Source: Candidatus Bathyarchaeota archaeon
Lineage (GTDB): Archaea > Thermoproteota > Bathyarchaeia > Bathyarchaeales > Bathycorpusculaceae
DNA: 64,000 nucleotides
Assembly (NCBI GenBank): GCA_963775685.1
Contig: CAVZJV010000014.1
Location: forward strand, 2,048,001 to 2,112,000
Direction of reading: 5' to 3'
Shown: positions 60,989 to 64,000 of the stretch, piece after piece
How positions within the stretch are numbered: the first letter of the stretch is position 1
Layout of the letters: each line of letters starts with the position of its first letter
Notes under the pieces: model-generated
The model's database searches: none
What the model was told of the DNA's origin: nothing
What the model saw: the letters and a program-made list of their open reading frames with translations, nothing else
Translations under genes and position numbers: made by a program

Positions 60989-61516
60989 TTACCAAGGATG
61001 TTTTTTTAGCTTCAACTTGTATGCGCAGAAATTAGTGAACAGGTGAATCGGTGGCGTAATCAGCAAAACCGTAACTGCAACAATCCAAAATGGCGTAAAC
61101 GCAGTTTGCCAACCAACCAAGGCTAAGGGCAGCGAAAACACAACGGCGCCAACTACAAAATCTACTTGGTCAACGATTGGTAACAGCCCCCCTGGTGCGA
61201 TGCCGATTCTGCGTTTAATGAAAGCACCTGTTAGGTCGCCCAAAAGTGCGCCCAGAGGGATAAGTAGACTAAAAAGGACTGGGAAATTTTGGATACCAAA
61301 AACCAAACCCTCCGCCAACCCAACCCCTATACCGACGCCCCAGCCGAAAAAGAATCCTCTAAACGTCTTGTTATTTCCAAAAATGCGTTTGCCGTCCACA
61401 AAGTTCCTGCCAAAATCCATCCGTTTTCCACCCCCTGCGAGCACAGGGGTCGCGTTGGCACAGTAGGCTGGGAAAATAAACTTTAAGGCTTCAACTATTA
61501 GCAGGGCATAGTCCAT
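60989..61516 (-). CDS. carS: CDP-archaeol synthase
   Basis: PAYCANATPV, DFG..F.DG.RIFG.NKT.RG, GDL.GAFIKRR, DQVDF, K..PW. Confidence 0.92.
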   Translation of the reverse strand: MDYALLIVEALKFIFPAYCANATPVLAGGGKRMDFGRNFVDGKRIFGNNKTFRGFFFGWGVGIGVGLAEGLVFGIQNFPVLFSLLIPLGALLGDLTGAFIKRRIGIAPGGLLPIVDQVDFVVGAVVFSLPLALVGWQTAFTPFWIVAVTVLLITPPIHLFTNFCAYKLKLKKHPW

Positions 61517-61521
61517 GGGGT

Positions 61522-62232
61522 TCAACCGTTTTGTTGGAATTGTGTATCTTTTATTCCGCTTTCCCCTATTTGTACATAACACGTTGTTTCATGCTCGGTT
61601 TCCCTTGCTTTCTCTAGCACTGCTTTGATTGTTTGGCGGTTATGGGTGGGTTTAAGAGCGATTATAGTATCGGCCCAGAACTTGAGAACTCGTGTTGCTA
61701 CGGGTCTAACGCTTGAACTCTGGTCGGTGAAGACGCTGCGTACTTGGCTAGTTACTATGACGGGGATTTTCTGGATTTTTACTGTTTGCGCCAAAATGGC
61801 TAGCTGTCGATTCAACTCGCGGTTAACACTGAATGCTTTTGTTTTGGCTGAAGATTCTGCAACTTTTGCGCCGTAGAGCGAAGTTAAGGTGTCGATTATG
61901 ATTAACCCGACGTTTTTGCCTGTGTATCCTTGGATTTGGTCCACAACGGCAGTTTGTTCTCGAAAATCCTTAGGTTTCATAAGAATTATGCGTTCGGCAA
62001 CCTCGTTAAAGCGGTCTTTTGCTATTTGCGCGAGCCTTTTTGTGTAAAAGGTGTTGTCGCAGTCAATGTAAAGCACCTTAAAGTTTTGGAGAGTGCAGTT
62101 GACGGCGCATTGCATGGTAAGTGTGCTTTTTCCAGTTTCAGGTTCTCCATAAATCAACGTGACTGTTTCAGGCAAGATGCCTCCGTTAGTTAAGTTGTCG
62201 ATGCATTTGATGCCTGTCTGAATTGTCACCAT
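61522..62232 (-). CDS. radB: RadB-like RecA-family ATPase
   Basis: TG...ID....GG, GEPETGKS Walker A, YID, IIIDT Walker B, TSQV. Confidence 0.75.
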   Translation of the reverse strand: MVTIQTGIKCIDNLTNGGILPETVTLIYGEPETGKSTLTMQCAVNCTLQNFKVLYIDCDNTFYTKRLAQIAKDRFNEVAERIILMKPKDFREQTAVVDQIQGYTGKNVGLIIIDTLTSLYGAKVAESSAKTKAFSVNRELNRQLAILAQTVKIQKIPVIVTSQVRSVFTDQSSSVRPVATRVLKFWADTIIALKPTHNRQTIKAVLEKARETEHETTCYVQIGESGIKDTQFQQNG

Positions 62233-62309
62233 GCTTTTACACGTCAAGGATTATTAGCTTGAAGATAGTAGTGTTTTTTGCACTTAAATCTACCTTTAAG
62301 GTTGCATTT

Positions 62310-62969
62310 ATGAAAGAAAAAGTTGCGGTTGCAACAGTTCAAGACAAAGCCTACTTTCTAATAGTTAACAAACTACAAGAACAGAACATATCCTTCACAT
62401 AGCATTGTCCCAGGACAAGTTGTGCCCGCCAAAATGTTGTTGGTTATAACAACTGAACATGAAAAACATCTGGTTACCCACAGAAAAATATTTTTTTCAA
62501 GGCGAAGAACAGCTTGACAATTTAATTGACGAAGTGAAGAGAACTCTTTTTTTGGCAAGGCGTCTTTCGAGAAAATAATTATCGGATTAAACCCCGGTGT
62601 GGCAACTGGATTAGTGGTTTTGGCTTATGGAAAAGTTATTGAGGAAGGTAACTGTTTTAGGAATGAAGAAGTAGCCGGCAGCATAATCAAGATATTGCGG
62701 AATGTTGATTTTGCTGTAACCAGCGTGTCTCTGTTAAGCTTGGAAAAGGCGTTTCCGTATACAAAGACCTGCTTGAAGACTTGGACAGCGCCTTGCCCCT
62801 CAAATAACCTTTAGAAGAAGTGGGTAAGGCAGGAACCAAAAAACCTTTAAAAGGAAACAAGCATAGCAGAGGAGGTCAGACATATTTCCTCAGCTACCGC
62901 ATAGCTGGAAGAAACGGAAACATCATTCCAAGGGGAAAAACAATTGCAGCACGCAATAGAATCCAATAA
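62310..62969 (+). pseudogene. Multiply frameshifted conserved-looking gene with an RNase H-like IG.(D>N)PG...G strand
   Basis: Fragments in changing frames: MKEKVAVATVQDKAYFLIV..., SIVPGQ..., FQGEEQLDNLIDEV..., EKIIIGLNPGVATGLVVLAYGKVIE..., VKLGKG..., RIAGRNG. Confidence 0.55.
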
Positions 62970-64000
62970 AACAATGCTAGTTGATGGTCCAGCGTCAGTT
63001 CGGCTTGTCACGGGAAAAGCTGATGTCTTTGGTTATCTCTTGAAGGAATCCCAGCGTGTTCTGATTCGGGAAGGAAAACGCTTGCCATTCTTTATCGCTG
63101 AAAACTCGGTCTTCGACGTGTCGTTGGGTGCTAACTCTGGTATCGCAGAAACTACAGGCAGTACAAATCCGGCGTCATGGGACAAACCCGTAGAAGCGAT
63201 TTTGGGGCTTGAGAAACGCCCAGTGGTGATTTTGATTTTAGGGGCCGCTGATTGTGGCAAAAGCAGCCTTTGTACTTACCTATTAAACAAGTTAATTGAC
63301 GGGAAATGTAAGGTTGCAATTTTAGACGGCGATTTAGGTCAATCTGACATCGGTCCATCGGGCACCGTCGGCTATGCTGTAGCCACTAAACGCTTAGCTG
63401 AACTCTATGACTTAAAGCTTAAGAACGCTTTTTTCGTTGGCGTTACCTCACCTATAGCTGCTATGTCCAAAACGATCGAAGGGTTAGCTGCCATGAAAGC
63501 CGAGATTTTACAGGTGCAAGTTGATTTTGTTCTGGTTAACACCGACGGTTTTGTAAGCGGTGACATTGCCGTCGGCTACAAAACTGACTTAGTCAACGCC
63601 CTAAAACCAGATGTTGTCGTCGGCGTTCAAACGCAGGATGAACTTGCCCCCTTGATTGCCAACTTGAAAAATCCTGTGATCGTGGTTGAGCCTTCTTTTG
63701 CTCTAAAGCAGCGAACCCTCGAAAAACGAAAAATTCTCCGCGAAATGACCTACACACGTTACCTCAAGAAAGCCAAACTGCAATGCTACCCCAAAAGCCA
63801 AGTGACTATCGAACCTAGAGGCGCCATACCAAAAGACCAAGAACCTGAAAAAGGTATCCTTGTTAGTCTGTACGGTCGAGGAGCCAAATTCCTGGGAATC
63901 GGTGTTCTTCGCGAGGTCAATCAAGAAAGGAAAACTCTGAAAATCCAAACTGCAGTTTCAGCCAAACCTTTAAGGATAGTCATTGGAAAAGTAGTCGTAA
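62944..64000 (+). CDS. clp1: Clp1/Grc3/NOL9-family polynucleotide 5'-hydroxyl kinase (runs off the right edge; not in the ORF track)
   Basis: Open frame from TTG at 62944: ...LVDGPASV...GAADCGKSS (Walker A), LDGDLGQSDIGP.GT, VNTDG. Confidence 0.85.
   Translation, partial: MQHAIESNKTMLVDGPASVRLVTGKADVFGYLLKESQRVLIREGKRLPFFIAENSVFDVSLGANSGIAETTGSTNPASWDKPVEAILGLEKRPVVILILGAADCGKSSLCTYLLNKLIDGKCKVAILDGDLGQSDIGPSGTVGYAVATKRLAELYDLKLKNAFFVGVTSPIAAMSKTIEGLAAMKAEILQVQVDFVLVNTDGFVSGDIAVGYKTDLVNALKPDVVVGVQTQDELAPLIANLKNPVIVVEPSFALKQRTLEKRKILREMTYTRYLKKAKLQCYPKSQVTIEPRGAIPKDQEPEKGILVSLYGRGAKFLGIGVLREVNQERKTLKIQTAVSAKPLRIVIGKVVV

Noticed and set aside
1-64000. tRNA, rRNA, IS elements, integrase or prophage genes, defence systems
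   Set aside because: No diagnostic motifs found by eye; very short or intron-split RNAs could have been missed.

Overview
Archaeal chromosomal DNA, most consistent with Bathyarchaeia (TACK). This assignment is an inference from PolB1, thermosome, prefoldin beta, CarS, AglB, RadB and the repeated PQQ-like beta-propeller surface proteins ending in -RKRP. I found no rRNA, tRNA, CRISPR array, transposase or integrase. The left ~28 kb interleaves cobamide nucleotide-loop genes (cobD, cobZ, cobT, a DUF71 ligase, and two separate cobS+cobY pairs) with five glycosyltransferases and three radical SAM enzymes (B12-binding, SPASM, and a tetraether synthase Tes homolog). The Tes homolog closes a translationally coupled epimerase-UbiA-Tes operon. 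This region is the best candidate for an undescribed membrane-lipid tailoring system. The right part is mostly housekeeping (ECF transporter, prefoldin, Sua5, thermosome, ThyA, MoeA x2, RsmB, PolB1, AglH/AglB, TopA, CarS, RadB, Clp1). It also carries eukaryote-like small genes (OSTC/DC2-like, PAC4-like, a C2H2 finger), a 10-bp tandem repeat array and several gene remnants. ecfA2, aglB and topA are each split by one base in a short homopolymer, probably assembly errors. All family calls come from motif recognition by eye; no database search was run.
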